Of a stretch of DNA of 64,000 bases, positions 59,690 to 64,000 are shown one piece after another (the stretch's first letter is position 1; the number at the start of each line of letters is the position of its first letter). The notes under the pieces are model-generated. The model was not told where the DNA came from and did not search any database. It was given only the letters and a program-made list of their open reading frames with translations. Location of the stretch: positions 36,084,001 through 36,148,000 of the forward strand of contig NC_134468.1 in the NCBI RefSeq assembly GCF_964194025.1, read 5' to 3'. A program made the position numbers and the translations under genes. This DNA is from Convolutriloba macropyga. Taxonomy: Eukaryota.

Positions 59690-62090
59690 ATTTAAAAATG
59701 AACTAAGCGGAAGACTTTTAACGAGCCAACGCAGAAAAGCTTCATCAACTCAAATGCAACCTAATAATTTAAATAAAAAAATTAATCTAATATTCAATTG
59801 GGTTAAAGCTGAGAAAAAAGAAAAGGCAAGAAAAAACTAAAACTTTAAGGTACTTTTCAGAAATTTTTCGCATATAACGACACCAGACAATAACCCTTAG
59901 AATACTTTGTGATGTGGCAACTTATTGGTCAACGCACTTTTTACAATAAAACGGACAAAAGCTAAACAACAAATTAGTATATACATTTCTTCACATGTAA
60001 CAGTCTAATATATTAGCCCTTGAGACATAGTTAGACCTGCCAATTTATCCGTGATAAACGAAAAAAACCAAAACTTATATCGAGACAACCGAGAAAAATA
60101 AGAAGACGAGAAAAATACTATAATAAAAATAACCCCGCCACAGTTCAAATTGCGACTTCTTGAGAGGCCTTATCAGATTTATCAGTTACTATCCACAGCT
60201 TTGCTTAAACAAGCCTGCCATTGAGACGAAGAATCTCGAAATTCAGGATTAAAATTCTGGTCTCATTTTAGGATTACTGCCATAGCTCTAGAGGAGCCAT
60301 TACACAACAATAAATTCTGAAAAACACAAGGTCTTCAACATAAGAAAAAGTTCCAAGAAACAAAACAGTTCGAAACCATCTAATTTTATTTCTCAGACAA
60401 AAACAACTTAAAATAGATATAAACGAAGTCAGATTGTAATCAAAACAAAATCTACAACAAACAAAAAGTCTCCGCAGACCATATAAACTGACGAAAAATA
60501 GTGAAAATCGCAAGGAAACGTCGAAGGCAAAGTAACAGAATAGGTTAAAGTTGCTTCTTGAACTCTAAATGATGTAAAAAATGTTTTTAACGTTTTAAGT
60601 TTATAAAGGTGCGAGAAACTACTTTCACTTTAGATGTTTGAGATAAAATTTGAAATTATTTGTAAATCTGCAACGTGCTCAAAACTTTTTGCCTCATGAG
60701 CAAATCTCTCAAAACTCGTTTTCTCTCATTCTCTCAGAGTTCATGAAAAAAAAAAATTCAAAGGATTAAAATGATCCCATAGCTCTAGAGGAACAATAAC
60801 AAAACAAAAATTTCTGAAAACACGAAGTCTGCAACATAAGTAAAACTTCCAAAAACAGAACAGCTTAAAATCATCTAGTTTAAACCATCTGAAGAAAAAA
60901 CTGATGCGGGCCATCTAAAAAATTTAAAAAAAACCGTTTTGGTGAAAAATTGTAATTTGTAACCTGTAACCTATCTTATTTTCAACTTTGGCGCGTTTTT
61001 GAATTCAATTGTAGCTTGTTGATAATTGTTTAAAAAAACTGGTTATCCTAATCAATCACTAACGCCGTCAAACATTGAAGATATAGATACAAATTTCGTT
61101 TCATAAGATGGATTGTTCTGAGTAAGGTTTTTTTCGTGAGCCTGCCACATTAAAAACTTTTTCCCCAACGAAAGTCGAATCTAAGCATCCAATGTACACT
61201 TTAGACAAAGCTGACTTCTCACATATAACTTTTTCTTCCCGTAATTGTCCGACAAACAACTTCATTTCCTAGATAAATTTTTTGAATTTTTATTTGCTAT
61301 AAAATCTGATGTCAGAAAAAACCGCACCGCCTGTGGTTTTAGTAACGTTCGCAGCTGGAGATGGTTACAAATTTATTATTCTCTTGAAGAACGTTATATT
61401 CTTGAGAGCAATGTTTTCGACCCTCAATTAGAAATTCTCCAATCGATTTCGAATTCTAATCGGAGACCTTTTTAAATTATAATCAATTTTTTTCAATCTT
61501 GTTTGTTTTTCTAACTTGTTCAACGTTGATATACTCTTATTTCACTATTTAAAGAATATTTTAAGTCGCCACGTAAACAAATGCAAAGAGCTCCATAAAC
61601 CTAAATGCCACTTGACATCTTGAGGCGTGAAGATTAAAAAACAAACAAAATTTGAAAAGGAATTAAGCGGAAGACTTTTCACGAGCCAACGCAAAAAAAG
61701 CTTCATTCACTCAAACGCAACCCACTAATTTAAAAAATATATTTAGTCTATTATTCAGTTGGATTAAAGTGGAGGAAAAACGAGAAAAAAGGAAAGGCAA
61801 AAAAACTCCAACTTTAAAATATTTTTCGGATAATTTTCGCATATAGCGGCACTAGACAATAAACCTTAGAACTCTTTGTGATGTGGCCACTTATTGGTCA
61901 ATTCATTTTCTACAATAAAAAGGACAAAAACTAAACATAAAACTAGTTTTTACATTTCTTTACAAGTTTGAACCTAATATATTGTCTCATGAGACGTAGT
62001 TGCCTAGACCTTCTGTTTTATCCGTGATAAACGAGAAAAAATGAAAACTTATATCGAGACAACCGAGAAAAATAGAAAAAGACGAGAAAC
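59690..62090. repeat. Dispersed ~420-bp repeat pair (59690-60115 and 61655-62089)
   Basis: taagcggaagactttt..acgagccaacgca ... acttatatcgagacaaccgagaaaaata present in both copies. Confidence 0.8.
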
Positions 62091-64000
62091 ATAGCCGGCA
62101 GATTGCCGGAATAGCTGCGAAAGAATAGACCTGCGTGCCATATAATAGAGATAGAAACAGATACAGATCTAATTGAAAAAAAAAATTGACGCCGCTCAAC
62201 AAACTAGGTAAAAAAACATTCAGCGATAAATCACTAAAGCTTGTTAAAATTCATTCCGCAGAAGCTCTTATTAGAGACCTTTACTGCACATATGAGTTCC
62301 TTTGACCTTAAACAAATTCAAATTAAACTTATGTTTTAAAGTGCAAAAGTCATTTTATTGAGTAAGGTAAGTCACGTATGATCAAAATCTAATCACGCAA
62401 ATAACCTAAAAACTTTTGCTAAAGCGAGTGAGAAATGACGTCACGCGCGCAAATTCCGTTAGTGAGAGGAAGAAGTCATTCAGAAAATTTGACTTTTTTC
62501 AGCTTTGCTGTGCGAACAAATGTAAAACGAAAAAAGAGCGTCAGATGACGAAACAAAAAAACATAGCAGGACAAGTCCTGACGTACAATTCAAAGAATTT
62601 TCTTTGACTAAACAGAAAAACTAGACCTAGAATGGACTAACAGTGAATTGAGAAAACCATTTTTAAAAAATTCTGATAAAAAAATAAGAAAAAAAACAAA
62701 ATCAATGTCAAAATGCCGCATGTGAACAAAAAAACCACTAACGAGAAATGAAATATTAATTCACAAAAAAACTAGGCCTAGAATGAGCTGTGAATGGATT
62801 GGGAAAACCATTTAGAAAAAAATCCGATCCAAAAAATTGAAAAACAGTAAAAATCAGAGTTAAATTGCCGCATGTGAACAAAAAACCACTACCGAGTAAC
62901 CGAATTTTTGTTCAAACACCATTTTCTCACTCTACTTTAAAATTAGAGCGAAAAAAATTCACGCCGCAAAACCACTCGCTTTTTCGCTCCATTTCCTGTT
63001 TCGGCGTGACCAAAATCACTACTCCAATTTGACTTCAAAAATCATGAAAATGTGTGAACAGATCTTAAAAAAAAACATAGCCGGAAGAATTCCGGAAACG
63101 ACTCGAAGTAGAAATCTGACTATTCTCACTAATCAGATGCATCACCAGAATATTACCAATCGACAGACATTGTAACCAATTCACAAAGAAAAGACTGGAG
63201 AAGTGGAAACTTGACAAAGAACAAAAGCAAAAAATAATATTCTCTAAAAATCAAAACAAAATTCTCTACAAAAAGATAACATGCAGCTTCCCATCCATAA
63301 CTCATAGAAATCAATTAGTTATATATTTTGCTAGATCAATCACCCACCTAGTACTTGCAGAGAAACGTTAAACAACAAACTAAAAAAAGACTAAGAAAAT
63401 CTCTTTAACGAATTAGAGTTTTGTATAATTTGTTTAAATGAAAACTGCCCTGCTAAGCCTTCAAGTGCAAATTCATAGAATCAACACCTACAAAAAAGCT
63501 CCTTATTGAGAAAAAGTTACCAACAAAAAAACATTAAATTGGAAGAAATAGGCAAAAAAACTTAGAAAAAAGACAAAAAGTGGCAAAAATTTGCTCTGAT
63601 CTACTCGATTTTCTTTAACAAAAACAACTCAAAACTAATATCAATCAAAATGAGAGACATCCAAAAGAGCTACAACAACTGAATTCCACTAGAAAACTCC
63701 CCAAATGCTATCAAAGGTTGAGGAAGAATAGAAACGACATTTAAAACCAAATTGAACAAAAAAAAACGAGAAAACGTAAGGTGTTTTTTAAATTTTACAA
63801 GAAAAAATAAAACCAAATAAAGTTACTTTGAGCAAATAGAGCAATGAAATGCTCGCGAAATAATGGGCAAGTCATAACAAGCTGAAAAAATTGTCTACGA
63901 TTGAATAAAAAAACGAGAAAAAAACAAAAAATTAAAAAAGTGGTTAAAAAATTCTCTATTTTTCTGTCATTTTTCTTCAGAAAAAAATGTTTTATACCAA

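Noticed and set aside
53700-64000. Short Lys/Phe-rich ORFs such as 59029-59559 and 57696-58076
   Set aside because: Low-complexity translations of A/T-run repeats with no recognisable domain or splice pattern.

Overview
AT-rich eukaryotic DNA, very probably from an invertebrate animal (spliceosomal introns, three N gaps). Positions 1 to ~11,400 are the right part of a decayed Polinton/Maverick (adintovirus-like) endogenous virus that continues off the left edge. It carries a packaging ATPase, a small Zn-finger gene, penton and major capsid genes, core-like proteins, a membrane protein with PTAP and LYPxL motifs, a fibre-like protein, a retroviral-type integrase and a protein-primed PolB; most ORFs are broken by stops or frameshifts. 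The rest is host DNA: two tandem 3' halves of divergent cation-type Cys-loop receptor genes, GID4 (one 10.5-kb intron) and GET4, set among a BEL/Pao relic, MITEs, Harbinger-like and Helentron-like elements, a 314-bp satellite and a 3.8-kb tandem duplication. The most unusual signal is a family of GC-rich double-minihairpin units inside the Polinton (AT + 19-nt core + AT, GNA triloops, covarying stems). They add a net 21 nt, so they sit in frame in flexible parts of viral proteins, and two of them have themselves received a 24-nt hairpin cassette in the GAAG loop. All calls come from reading motifs by eye; no searches were run.
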